Part shown: positions 30,294 to 40,234 of the stretch, piece after piece
Numbering within the stretch: position 1 is the stretch's first letter
How the letters are laid out: each line of letters begins with the position of its first letter
Program-made: the position numbers and the translations under genes
The notes under the pieces: model-generated
Databases searched by the model: none
The model's input: only the letters and a program-made list of their open reading frames with translations
What the model was told of the DNA's origin: nothing
NCBI GenBank assembly: GCA_965249205.1
Contig: CBDFLL010000004.1
Span: forward strand, 776,194-840,193
DNA from: Vicinamibacterales bacterium
Lineage (GTDB): Bacteria > Acidobacteriota > Vicinamibacteria > Vicinamibacterales > UBA2999
Length of the DNA: 64,000 nt
Direction of reading: 5' to 3'

Positions 30294-31117
30294 AGATCAC
30301 CGTCGCGCACAGTCCTGATTCCGATGATGCCTTTATGCATTACGGCATCGCGAGCGGCAAAGTGCCGTCAGACGAAATTGAGTTCTCACACCTGCTCGCG
30401 GACATCGAAACGCTGAACCGCGCCGCGTTCGAAGGCACGTACGAGGTCACGGCCGTCTCGTTCAGCGCCTATGCGCAGTTGACGGACAGGTATCTGCTAC
30501 TCCCGCACGGTTCCAGCATGGGCGACGACTACGGGCCGGTTGTGGTCGCGCGCACAGACGGCCCCTCGTCCACGAAGGGCATTATGGTTGCGGTCCCCGG
30601 TGAGCTGACGACCGCGTATCTCGCGCTGCGAATTTATGATCCGGACGTCACGTGCGTGATGATGCCGTTCGATCGGATCCAAGATGCGGTGCGCGAGGGT
30701 GAGGTCGCTGCCGGTCTGCTGATCCATGAGGGACAGCTGACCTATCAGGACGAGGGCCTCAAGAAGATCGTGGACCTGGGCGAATGGTGGTCCGAGCGGA
30801 CGGGTGGACTGCCATTGCCGCTTGGGGGCAACGTCATCCGACGCGATCTCGGCCCCGACACAATCCGCGAAGTCTCTCGCCTGTTGCATGGGAGCATTGC
30901 GTATGCGTTGGAGCACCGTCAGGAGGCGCTCGACTACGCGCTGCAGTTCGGCCGCGGACTCGATAGGGCCAAGGCGGATCGGTTCGTCGGAATGTACGTC
31001 AACGAGCTGACACTGGAGTACGGTGACCGCGGCCGCACGGCCGTCGCACGGCTCCTCGACGACGCGTGGGAACAGCGGCTGATTCCAAAGCCCGCCGTGG
31101 TTGAATTCAGCTCCTGA
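30290..31117 (+). CDS. mqnD: 1,4-dihydroxy-6-naphthoate synthase (futalosine pathway)
   Basis: AHSPDSDDAFM, DIETLN, LLIHEGQLTY, LPLPLGGN, MYVN. Confidence 0.88.
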   Translation: MKITVAHSPDSDDAFMHYGIASGKVPSDEIEFSHLLADIETLNRAAFEGTYEVTAVSFSAYAQLTDRYLLLPHGSSMGDDYGPVVVARTDGPSSTKGIMVAVPGELTTAYLALRIYDPDVTCVMMPFDRIQDAVREGEVAAGLLIHEGQLTYQDEGLKKIVDLGEWWSERTGGLPLPLGGNVIRRDLGPDTIREVSRLLHGSIAYALEHRQEALDYALQFGRGLDRAKADRFVGMYVNELTLEYGDRGRTAVARLLDDAWEQRLIPKPAVVEFSS

Positions 31118-31204
31118 GCACCCCGGCGTGATGGGCATGGCCCTCCTGACTGCCGATCCCCATTTCTGAGACGGAGCGCTCGACCGAGCAGAGGAGGAAC
31201 GCAG

Positions 31205-32305
31205 ATGACGCGTGTGATTCTGGGATTGTTGCTGGCCTGCAGCATGGCGGGTGCGTTGGTGAGCGCCCAGGTGTCGACACCGTACAAACTCGGGACGTTC
31301 GAGCGAGACGGTCGGGTCTTCGTTGGCGTCGTGCTGCGCGAGTCTGTCGTGATCGATTTCGCGAGGGCGCATGCCGCGATCCCGTCTTCCTCTCTGACGT
31401 TGGTGCCGCCGGTCGACATGAAGGACCTGATCGTTCGCTATGAGACCGGACTTCGGGACCGAATCGTTGAGATCGTCGGTAGCGTTGAGGCGGCAGGTGC
31501 GACGCCGCCTCCGTACGCGTACGCGCTCTCCGCCGTGAAGATCCTGCCTCCGATCATGTATCCCATGACGATGCTAAACGTGGCGGTGAACTACGCCGCC
31601 CACGACGCGGAAATGGCGCTCTTACGTGACCAGGTGCCAGGGTCGGGTGCCCCGACGGCCGGCGCGGCGCTCCCTGGCACGGTGAGCGCGCCGGGAATTT
31701 GGGAGCGGGCCGAGACTGACGGCCGATGGACGCCCTACGTCTTCACGAAGTTGCCGGCGGCGATCATCGCGGACGGGGAGGCGATTCGGCTGCCACCCGG
31801 ACGCGTGCGAGTTGACTGGGAGTGCGAGCTTGGCCTCGTCATCGGCCGGCCGGCGACACGTGTGGCGGTGGCGGAGGCCGCCGACTACATCTTCGGCTAC
31901 ACCATCGAGAACGACGTGTCCGACCGGGCGGGCCGTGGCGACACCCGGTACGGTTCGGATTGGGTCGTTAGCAAGAACCACGACACGTTCGCGCCGATGG
32001 GACCGTTCATCACGCCGAAGGAGTTCGTGGCCGACCCGCAGAATCTGGCGATCAGGTTCGTGCTGAACGATCAGGTGATGCAGGAATCCACGACGTCGCT
32101 GATGATTCACAACGTCTTTGAGCAGGTCGCCTACACGTCAAGCATCATGACCTTGAGACCGGGAGACGTGATCGCGACAGGCACGCCGGCAGGCGTCGGG
32201 TCCGCGCGCACGCCACCGGTGTACTTCAAGGCGGGCGACCGCTCTGAGTGCAGCTATGAGGGGATCGGCACGTTGACGAATCCTGTCGTGGGCCCCACGC
32301 CCTGA
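31205..32305 (+). CDS. Fumarylacetoacetate hydrolase family protein with signal peptide
   Basis: VNY--H, DWECEL, NDVS-R, K-HDTFAPMGP, GDVIATGTPAGVG; N-terminal signal ending VSA-Q. Confidence 0.88.
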   Translation: MTRVILGLLLACSMAGALVSAQVSTPYKLGTFERDGRVFVGVVLRESVVIDFARAHAAIPSSSLTLVPPVDMKDLIVRYETGLRDRIVEIVGSVEAAGATPPPYAYALSAVKILPPIMYPMTMLNVAVNYAAHDAEMALLRDQVPGSGAPTAGAALPGTVSAPGIWERAETDGRWTPYVFTKLPAAIIADGEAIRLPPGRVRVDWECELGLVIGRPATRVAVAEAADYIFGYTIENDVSDRAGRGDTRYGSDWVVSKNHDTFAPMGPFITPKEFVADPQNLAIRFVLNDQVMQESTTSLMIHNVFEQVAYTSSIMTLRPGDVIATGTPAGVGSARTPPVYFKAGDRSECSYEGIGTLTNPVVGPTP

Positions 32306-32433
32306 CCACGCGCCCACACTCGCCTTTCGGCGAGAAGCTGCGTCGGCACTGAAAGCGGGGGCTGGCCCTACGCCTGACGAGGCTGTAGGGCCTGCCGAAT
32401 CTGACAAAGAACGTTGCGCGGGTCGCTCGTGCG

Positions 32434-33753
32434 CTAGTTCAGCTGGCGACCCTCCAGCCAGACTGAATTGATCTGCCGCGTATTGTTGATGTCGTCCAGC
32501 GGGTTGGCATCGAGCACAAGAAGGTCCGCCACCATACCGGGTGCGATCGTGCCTACCTCGTCCAGATCTGACACTGCCGCGGCACCGCTGGTTGCGGCGA
32601 CGAGCACTTGCATCGGCGTCATGCCGGCCTCGACCATCATCTCCATCTCGACGTGCTCGAAGTAGCCTTGCCAGCGCCCTGGGTTGCCCCGCACCCCGCT
32701 GTCGGTGCCCATGCCGATCTGGATGCCCGCGTCTGACAGAAGCTTGAGGTTTCGGGTGGCTTGCGCCAGCGCCGCTTTGATGGACTGTGCCTGTTCGCTG
32801 GTGCGGACCCCCTGCTGATACTCCTCCTCGCTCAGCATGGTCGCTTCCTCGTCGTAGATGGAGATGCCGCGTTGAAAGAACGGATCTTCGAAGAATGCCG
32901 GCGTGGTTTCGTAGGTGAAGACCGACAAATCACGCGTGAGCGTCGGCACATAGCCGACGTTTCGGCTCCGCATAGCCTCGATGAGTTCCTCGTCCACGTC
33001 CTGGTCGCGGACGCTGTGGGCCACGACGTCGAGGCCGCTGTCCACGACCACCTTGGCCTCGTCCAACGTGAAGATGTGCGAGAACGTCCGCAGGCCCCGC
33101 GAATGCGCCTCGTCGATGAGGGCAGTGACGGTTTCGTCAGACATGCGGTTGTCGCCGCCCTGCATATGGAACTTGATGCGGTCCGCGCCCCGGTCGGCCA
33201 GGTCAGCCACGGCCTCGCGTGCGGCCTCCGATGACTGATGGGCACGAGTGCTAGGGCCGGACGTATATACGCGCGCGCGGTCGAGCTCGATTCCGCCCTG
33301 CTCGTCACGCAACACGACGACGGCGTCCCGGTCGGCCTCCTGTTGTCCCAGGCTCACAACGGTGGTCACACCGTAATTGGCATACATCTGGAGGCGCCGG
33401 ACGAGATCGTCACGCATCGGCACGGAGTCGCTGACGTGCTGGACATGGCCGTGCGCGTTGATGATGCCCGGCATCACGGTCTTGCCGTCCAGGTTCACGA
33501 CGGTCGCTCCGGCAGGCACCTCGACATCGGCCCCGGCCGCAGTAATGCGATCCTCGCTGATGAGGATGGTGCCGCCCTCCACGGGCGGCTGGCCGCTGCC
33601 GTCGATGATGCGGACGCCGGTGAGTGCGGTGACGGGAGGGCCCTCAGGCACCTCGGGCGCGCTTTGACACGCCGCCCCCGCCATCGCCAACAGGGCAGCC
33701 AGTGCGACGGTCCACGCGCGTGTTGAATTCCGAACCATATCCAAGTCCCCCAT
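32434..33753 (-). CDS. Amidohydrolase-family lipoprotein
   Basis: PGIINAHGH, GTDSG, G-IAPG-VADLLVL--NPL; lipobox GAAC. Confidence 0.9.
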   Translation of the reverse strand: MGDLDMVRNSTRAWTVALAALLAMAGAACQSAPEVPEGPPVTALTGVRIIDGSGQPPVEGGTILISEDRITAAGADVEVPAGATVVNLDGKTVMPGIINAHGHVQHVSDSVPMRDDLVRRLQMYANYGVTTVVSLGQQEADRDAVVVLRDEQGGIELDRARVYTSGPSTRAHQSSEAAREAVADLADRGADRIKFHMQGGDNRMSDETVTALIDEAHSRGLRTFSHIFTLDEAKVVVDSGLDVVAHSVRDQDVDEELIEAMRSRNVGYVPTLTRDLSVFTYETTPAFFEDPFFQRGISIYDEEATMLSEEEYQQGVRTSEQAQSIKAALAQATRNLKLLSDAGIQIGMGTDSGVRGNPGRWQGYFEHVEMEMMVEAGMTPMQVLVAATSGAAAVSDLDEVGTIAPGMVADLLVLDANPLDDINNTRQINSVWLEGRQLN

Positions 33754-33857
33754 GTCTCCTCGCTCGCCTTATCGCGAACCGGCACAGCATACGCCACAAG
33801 GGCCGCCAAGACCAGATCCTCACTGGAAGTACCGTCTATGATCAGGTCCACTTCAAA

Positions 33858-35255
33858 ATGAGCCGATTCGTGACATGGCTGACGAGCGGATTGGCGACCG
33901 AGTTAACGGCGCGCCGGGCCTCCGTGGTGGTGGTGTTCCTCTACCTGACGGTGGCACGTACGTGGGGAATCTCCGACACATTCTGGCTGCTCGGCGATCA
34001 GATCCGAGACTGGCGGCTCGCGTTGCTGCCGTTCGACGAACTCCCACTCACCGGGGCGCCAAGTTCTGTCGGCGGCGTGGGTCTTGGCCCCATCTACTAC
34101 TGGACGCTCTGGGTGTGCCGCCTCGTCATCGGCCCGTGGGTGAACAACCTGCCCCACGCAGGCGGCATCGGCCTCTCGGTAATGCAATCAGTCGCGGACT
34201 GCGTGTTGCTCGCGGCCATCTGGAAGAAATCCGGCTCTGGCTTGACTGCAGTGGCGCTCACGCTCTTGCTGGCCACGTCGCCGCTCGACATGGCGCTGTC
34301 TGCCACGATCTGGAATCCGACACTCTCGGTCGCGCTCGTCAAACTCACGCTGGCCCTGCTGCTGCTGGCCCCGAGACGGCCGTCGCTTGGATGGACGGTT
34401 GCCACCACGGCGACCGGATGGCTCGCTGTGCAGGCACACGCCACGGCGGTGTTCGTTGCGGCGCCGGCGATAAGTGTGTTTGTTATTCCCGAACTGGCCG
34501 CGCGAAACTGGAAAGGCGCGCTGCAGCGTGCGTCAGCGTCGATCGGAGTCGTGTTGCTGCTGCAGGTGCCGTTCATTCTGCATTTCGTGCTCAGCGGGTC
34601 GCTGGATCCTGTCGGCCCAACCGCGGTGATCGGACAGGTCTCGGCGACCGCGGTCACCCCGGACACGATCCGGATCGTCGACGCGTTTGCAGCCGTCGCT
34701 TCGGCGACCGATTTCATCCTGCTTCGACCGTGGAATCCCGCGGGTACGGCCGTGGCGTTGTCGTTCGCGTTGGCGCTGGCCGCTTATCGTTGCCGCAATG
34801 ACTGGCTGCTGGCCGGCGCGAGCGTACTCCCTGTAGTTGCCGCCACGGTGGGGTTCGCTTTCTGGCAGCTCGCCTACGATCAGTATTGGTTCCTGACGCT
34901 GATGCCGTCGATCGTGCTCGTCCTCTGGAGCGCGCTCACCGCCCGGTCTCGCGCCGTCCCTCTCGTCGGTGTCGCACTGGTCGTCGCTGCCGTGGTCGCC
35001 CAGCCATGGCGAATTCTCGACGCCCACACGTTGGCCCGCCTGCCCGCCTATGGCGCGCTGGCCCGGGGTTCGACGACGATTTATCGCTACACCGATGAGG
35101 TGACGGAGATCCGGGTCGACTTTCCGCTGGATCCGACAACTGATCGGGAATTTCTGTACTGGATCCTGGGCGGCCGAGTGACACCGGACGCACTCTTCCG
35201 CGCGTCGATCTCTCCCGACGGCAACGTCACGTTCACGGCTGTGCCGCAGCCGTAG
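33858..35255 (+). CDS. Polytopic GT-C-like (ArnT/PMT-type) membrane protein
   Basis: GDQIRD after TM1, GP-YYW, WNP, Q-H, many TM helices; start codon uncertain. Confidence 0.65.
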   Translation: MSRFVTWLTSGLATELTARRASVVVVFLYLTVARTWGISDTFWLLGDQIRDWRLALLPFDELPLTGAPSSVGGVGLGPIYYWTLWVCRLVIGPWVNNLPHAGGIGLSVMQSVADCVLLAAIWKKSGSGLTAVALTLLLATSPLDMALSATIWNPTLSVALVKLTLALLLLAPRRPSLGWTVATTATGWLAVQAHATAVFVAAPAISVFVIPELAARNWKGALQRASASIGVVLLLQVPFILHFVLSGSLDPVGPTAVIGQVSATAVTPDTIRIVDAFAAVASATDFILLRPWNPAGTAVALSFALALAAYRCRNDWLLAGASVLPVVAATVGFAFWQLAYDQYWFLTLMPSIVLVLWSALTARSRAVPLVGVALVVAAVVAQPWRILDAHTLARLPAYGALARGSTTIYRYTDEVTEIRVDFPLDPTTDREFLYWILGGRVTPDALFRASISPDGNVTFTAVPQP

Positions 35256-35426
35256 CGTTGCTACGCGCGTTCGTGCCGTTCGGTGGGTCGGGGCGGGAGT
35301 CTTCGATGGTGCTCCCGAAAGCCCCGCGGGCTGTCGCAACTCGCCAGTGCTACCCTCAGGGCCTGGTAGGAGACCGCCTGGTGGCGTGCGTAGTCGCGCC
35401 GCCGGTCAGAATCGGGGGAACACGCG

Positions 35427-37673
35427 GTGGCGGTAGCTGGCACAACCACAGACGCAGAGGGGTCGCTGATCGAGGCGGTCAGCAAGGTCGCAGCACTCGC
35501 GTCCGTGTTGCTGATCCTTGGGCTACAGTTCGCGGTCCATCCAGGCGTGTCGTGGCCGCTACGGATGCTCCTTGCCTGTGCGCTGGCCGGGGGGTGGGTA
35601 CTCGGCAGCGTTTCGGCGGCGGCCGCACTGGTTGCCGTGGCCGGATTGGCGCCCGTACTTCCGACGGCGATTGCGGCCGCGTCTGGCAACGCTGGTGCTG
35701 CTGGAGGTGCGGACCCGGTCGCCCAGTCGGTGTGGCTCGCGGCGGTGATCGGCGCGCTGCTGCCCTCGATCTCCTTGACACGATGGAACTTGCCGGCGGC
35801 GTGGCGCGTATTGCTGGGCGGGTGGGCGCTGACACTGTCACTGGCGTGGCCGATCGTCGTGGCTCGCGAGATCGGCTTTGACCTGCGCGCGTTCGGCGAC
35901 ACGGCGACCATCAACTCATGGGCGGGCATGTCGGCCTCTGAGGTGTCTGGCTGGATCATGTACGTCGTGCTCGTCCAGCTTTCGGGTCTGCTCTGGCTCG
36001 ATGCCATCATGCCGAGGCTGCGGGCCTGGTCGGAGCGCGGCCTTCCGGCGGTCGTGCACGGGTTGTGGATTGGCGCGACCGTCTCGAGTCTCGTGGCGCT
36101 CTACCAGGGCACCGTCGATCTGGAGTTCCTGAGCAGCCCCGCGTGGGCGTCCCTCGGTCGAGCGACGGGCCTGATGCTCGATGCGAACGCCTATGGCGTG
36201 GTAGCCGGGCTGGCGGCACCGCTGGCTGCGGTTGCGGCCTGCTCGCTTCAGCCACGCGTCCGGTGGTACGGCGCCGCCGCGTTCGTGCTCAACTGGGGTG
36301 GTGTGTGGATGTCTGGGTCGCGCACGGCACTGCTGTGCGCGCTGGCCGGCACCGTGGCGTTTGCGATCGGCGAGGTCCGTCGTCGACGGGTACGTCGAGT
36401 CATGTGGGCGTCAGCGGCCGGAGTGTTGGTCGCGCTGTTCGCCGCTCTGACACTGACTGTCACGCTCTCTCGCACGACGAGCCCTTTTGAACGCACCGAG
36501 GAGTTTACCGGCCGCTCACCGTGGCAGGTAGCCGAAGCGTTGGTGGCTCGTGGCCGCTACGGTGAAATCGCGGCTCGCATGCTCTGGGAATATCCGATGA
36601 CCGGTGTGGGCGTCGGCACCTATCACTGGCTGGCGCCCGACTATCAACGCACGACATTCAATCAGGAGTTGGCGTTTGACAACGCACAGAACTGGTGGCG
36701 CCACCAGTTGGCCGAATTGGGCCTGTTGGGCGCGCTGCCTGTGCTGGCATGGTCCATCGTCATCGTGTGGCTGACGATGCGGGGCGCGCGGCGGGCGCGG
36801 GGAGATCACGTCGCGACGGTGCGGGGATTGGTGGTGGGTCTCGGGATCGTGTCGCTCGTGGGCATGCCCACACAGGACCCCGTGGTACTGATGATCTTCT
36901 TCCTGATGGTGGCGATGCTGGCCACTGTCACTCTCGACGATGCGAGCCCAGACGGTGCGAGCCCAGACGGTGCGAGCCCCGACGATGCGAGCCCCGACGG
37001 TGCGAGCCCCAACGGTGCTCGCCCAGGCGGTGCTCGCCCAGATGGTGTTGACGTCCACGGTGCTCGCTCGGATGGCGTTGGTTCGGACGGCGCCGCCACG
37101 CCAACCTGGCCCTCCCGAGGCCGGTCGCTCTCAGGTGCCTGGATGGTTGTCGGGGGGCTGGCCGTGGCGTACGCGGGCAGTCACGTCGCGCTGGCGAGGG
37201 GCAGCCTTGACGTCGCCGAGCGCGCCGCCCGCGCCAACCGTGACTACGTCGTGGGCTTGTATCAGGAGGAGGCACACCCAGACGGCGGCGATTTCCAGTG
37301 GACACGCGGAGAAGCACACCTGGGGCTCGTCAAGCGCGCGCCGTACCTGTCGCTGCGCGCTTGGATTCAGCACCCGGACGCGTCCGACCGGTCCGTGACA
37401 CTCCGTATTTCCAGCCCGTGCCAGGTGCTGTTTGAAGGGGCCTTGGTCGATCCCACTCCGGTGGACATCATTCTCAGGCTGCCGATGACCGAAGCGCGAA
37501 TCGAGCTGGACGTGGAGGTGTCCCGGACATGGTCTCCAGCGAGTGTCGGCAGCCCGGACACGCGGCAACTCGGTGCTGCCCTGGACATTGATTTTGTCGA
37601 CAGTGCGGCAGGCGCGCGCGCCCTGCCGACGGTGGCAGAGTCGTGCGGCGCGAATGCTCACCCGCTACCCTAG
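35427..37673 (+). CDS. O-antigen ligase/Wzy_C-like membrane protein with soluble C-terminal domain
   Basis: RATG---DAN, SGSRTA, P-TGVGVG-Y, NAQN, LAELGLLG. Confidence 0.75.
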   Translation: MAVAGTTTDAEGSLIEAVSKVAALASVLLILGLQFAVHPGVSWPLRMLLACALAGGWVLGSVSAAAALVAVAGLAPVLPTAIAAASGNAGAAGGADPVAQSVWLAAVIGALLPSISLTRWNLPAAWRVLLGGWALTLSLAWPIVVAREIGFDLRAFGDTATINSWAGMSASEVSGWIMYVVLVQLSGLLWLDAIMPRLRAWSERGLPAVVHGLWIGATVSSLVALYQGTVDLEFLSSPAWASLGRATGLMLDANAYGVVAGLAAPLAAVAACSLQPRVRWYGAAAFVLNWGGVWMSGSRTALLCALAGTVAFAIGEVRRRRVRRVMWASAAGVLVALFAALTLTVTLSRTTSPFERTEEFTGRSPWQVAEALVARGRYGEIAARMLWEYPMTGVGVGTYHWLAPDYQRTTFNQELAFDNAQNWWRHQLAELGLLGALPVLAWSIVIVWLTMRGARRARGDHVATVRGLVVGLGIVSLVGMPTQDPVVLMIFFLMVAMLATVTLDDASPDGASPDGASPDDASPDGASPNGARPGGARPDGVDVHGARSDGVGSDGAATPTWPSRGRSLSGAWMVVGGLAVAYAGSHVALARGSLDVAERAARANRDYVVGLYQEEAHPDGGDFQWTRGEAHLGLVKRAPYLSLRAWIQHPDASDRSVTLRISSPCQVLFEGALVDPTPVDIILRLPMTEARIELDVEVSRTWSPASVGSPDTRQLGAALDIDFVDSAAGARALPTVAESCGANAHPLP
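36936..37100 (+). repeat. 15-bp in-frame tandem repeat encoding (D-G/D-A-S-P)n
   Basis: Seven well-conserved units 36936-37040, then degenerate units to about 37100. Confidence 0.9.
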
Positions 37674-37829
37674 TCTGGCTGCCTGTGGTGCGTGTGGTCC
37701 GAAAAGGGGGCTCATTTTGTGCCGAGGGGCGCGTATCCCTAGACCAGACTGAGCTACTCTATATAGCCGTGCTTGGCGTGGTGCCGAAGCCGGCGACCAG
37801 GCGCCCGGGACTGTAAAGAGGGAGATTTC

Positions 37830-39365
37830 TTGCGCGTACACATCGTCAATCCGAGTCACTTTTCATTCGGGACGGCTTTCATTACACCGCGATGGATGTT
37901 TGTGCTTGCAGCGTCAACGCCGCCGAAATGGGGCGATCCGATCCTGAGCGACGAGTCGCTCGAGCCGTTCGACACTGACCGGCTGGACAAGGGCGACGTG
38001 GTCGGCATCGGCCTTCACACCGGCAACGCCCTGGTCGGCTACGAGCTCGGCCAGCGTGCTCGTGCACGAGGGGCGTGGGTGGTGTACGGCGGCAGCCATC
38101 CGACGTTGTTTCCGGAAGAGGCACTCGATCGGGGCGGTGCGCACGCCGTCGTGAAGGGTGACGGCGACGTCGTCTGGGGTCAGGTGATCGAGGATTGCGT
38201 CGGTGGCGCGCCGCAGCAGATCTATAGCGGTGGGCGAATCGACGCAGGCAAGTTCAGAAAAGCGCGTTGGGATCTGATGAAGCGTGAGAGCTACGCGTGG
38301 GCGACGGTACAGACCGTGCGCGGATGTCCCAAGCACTGTTCGTTTTGCTCGGTGTGGCGCACCGATGGGCAAGAGCCTCGTCAACGCGATGTGCACCCGG
38401 TCATCGAGGAGATCGTCGAGCTGCGGCGCATGGGCTTCCGGTTCATCGCGCTGGCAGATGACAATTTTTACCCTGTCACGCTCGAAGACCTCAGGATGGC
38501 CTTCCGCCGTGCGGACAAGACGAGGTACAACGAGCTCAAGGCGCTTCGAGACGAGCGATTCGAGCTCATGGCACTGATGGCGGAACTGCCGAGCGATCTG
38601 AATTTCTTTACGCAGATCACGATGGAGTCCGCCGAGGATCCGGAGTTTCTCGACGCGATGCGGGCGGCGCGCATCAGAGGTGCGCTGGTCGGCGTAGAGG
38701 CGGTCACCCCGGAAGGCTTGAAGGACGTCTACAAGGACTTCAACCTTGCCGGTGAGGATCTCGTGGAGCGTCTGCAGACGTTCCGCGAGCACGGAATCTA
38801 CATCCTCGGCTCGTTTATTTTCGGTCTGCCCAGTGACCGTCCAGCGACGTTCGAGGCGACGGCCTCGCTGGCCAAGCGAGCCGACATCGCGTTCGCGCAG
38901 TTCGTGACGTTGACGCCGTTCCCGGGCACGTTGGATTTTGAGAAGTGGGAGCGCGAACAGGGCGAGAACATGGCGATGGTGGACGGCATCCCGGTGTCGC
39001 GCCACTGGCTGATTCCGCAGGGAAAGCGGCCGAAGCTGCTCACCCCGCACCCGGTCATGTCTGGTGAGCAAATCCGACAGGGTACTCAGAAGGTGTGGAA
39101 CGATTTCTACAGCCTGAAAGCGGCCTGGCGGCGGTCTGACATGCTGAAGAGCTACAAGAGCCGTGTCGCCTTTGTGGTCGCGTCGAAGGTCATGCTCCAG
39201 GCGTTCGGGAACACTGGGTTGTCGACCGACAGCGCACGCGCGTCCCGCGCAACAAAGTGGGGGGGCATCGGATTCTCGCTGCTGCAGAAGATGTTTGCGG
39301 CTCCACCGCTGCCGGATCTGATGGTGCCGACGACCCCGATGGCAGGAGAGAAGCCCGCGGCCTGA
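37830..39365 (+). CDS. B12-binding-domain radical SAM enzyme
   Basis: GG-HPT B12-domain motif, RGCPKHCSFC, DDNF, FIFGLP-D; TTG start after GGGAG. Confidence 0.9.
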   Translation: MRVHIVNPSHFSFGTAFITPRWMFVLAASTPPKWGDPILSDESLEPFDTDRLDKGDVVGIGLHTGNALVGYELGQRARARGAWVVYGGSHPTLFPEEALDRGGAHAVVKGDGDVVWGQVIEDCVGGAPQQIYSGGRIDAGKFRKARWDLMKRESYAWATVQTVRGCPKHCSFCSVWRTDGQEPRQRDVHPVIEEIVELRRMGFRFIALADDNFYPVTLEDLRMAFRRADKTRYNELKALRDERFELMALMAELPSDLNFFTQITMESAEDPEFLDAMRAARIRGALVGVEAVTPEGLKDVYKDFNLAGEDLVERLQTFREHGIYILGSFIFGLPSDRPATFEATASLAKRADIAFAQFVTLTPFPGTLDFEKWEREQGENMAMVDGIPVSRHWLIPQGKRPKLLTPHPVMSGEQIRQGTQKVWNDFYSLKAAWRRSDMLKSYKSRVAFVVASKVMLQAFGNTGLSTDSARASRATKWGGIGFSLLQKMFAAPPLPDLMVPTTPMAGEKPAA

Positions 39366-39373
39366 CCGGGCGG

Positions 39374-40192
39374 TTACGGGGACACCATCGGCGATCCGCC
39401 GGTGGCGGTTGCCGCACGGACCTGTGTCAGGATGCGGTGCAGTTGCCGTAGTCCCTCAGTCAACGCCGCCGGACCCGGCTGCAGGATGTGCGCCGACTTG
39501 ATTTCATAAATCTGTCCGTGACGGACAGCGGCGACGTTCGCCCAGCCGACCCGTGCCGCGATCCGTTCCCTCCGCACGGCCTTGCCGCACCAGGACGCGA
39601 CGATGACTTCGGGATCCCGACGCACCACATCCTCCGCCGTGACGATGCGGTCCCGTCCCATCTTTCCTTGTCTGAGCTCAGGAAAGATGGGTGCGCCTCC
39701 CGCGATCTCGACGAGTTCTTCCACCCACCGAATACCTGAAATGAGCGGATTGTCCCATTCTTCAAAGAAGACCCGAGGTCGAGGCAAGCCTGTGGTCACC
39801 TCGCGGACGGCGTCGATTTCGAGCTCGAGCCTGGCGGCGAGGGCTTCGGCATCGTCGGCGCACCCCACCAGGCCACCCAGCACGCGAATCATCTGCAGGA
39901 TCTCGGCGATGCTGCGCTGGTTGAAGACCGCCACCGGATAGCCCCGTCGGATGAGTTCGGCGGCGATGTCCGCCTGGAGGTCTGAGAAACCCAGTACCAG
40001 ATCCGGCTTGAGTGCTTCGATCTTGCTGAAACGCGCGTTGAGAAACGCAGAGACGCGCGGTTTCCGGCGCGCTTCCGGCGGCCTGATCGTGTACCCGGAC
40101 ACCCCGACAACGCGATCTCCTTGCCCAAGCAGATAGAGGGTTTCTGTTGTTTCCTCTGTGAGACACACGATACGGGAGGGATAGCTACTCAT
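39374..40192 (-). CDS. Cobalamin-binding/TroA-like substrate-binding protein without signal peptide
   Basis: RIVCLTEETTE, FFEEWD-P, WCGK, ILQPGP. Confidence 0.85.
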   Translation of the reverse strand: MSSYPSRIVCLTEETTETLYLLGQGDRVVGVSGYTIRPPEARRKPRVSAFLNARFSKIEALKPDLVLGFSDLQADIAAELIRRGYPVAVFNQRSIAEILQMIRVLGGLVGCADDAEALAARLELEIDAVREVTTGLPRPRVFFEEWDNPLISGIRWVEELVEIAGGAPIFPELRQGKMGRDRIVTAEDVVRRDPEVIVASWCGKAVRRERIAARVGWANVAAVRHGQIYEIKSAHILQPGPAALTEGLRQLHRILTQVRAATATGGSPMVSP

Positions 40193-40234
40193 CCGCCGAC
40201 GCGCCCTTTCCGCTACTCGGCGGCAGCAGAATCG

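Noticed and set aside
32364-32392. GGCCCTAC...GTAGGGCC hairpin as a REP element
   Set aside because: Single imperfect copy between convergent genes; more simply a terminator-like stem.
36936-37100. CRISPR array
   Set aside because: Contiguous 15-bp coding repeats without spacers; no cas genes in the window.
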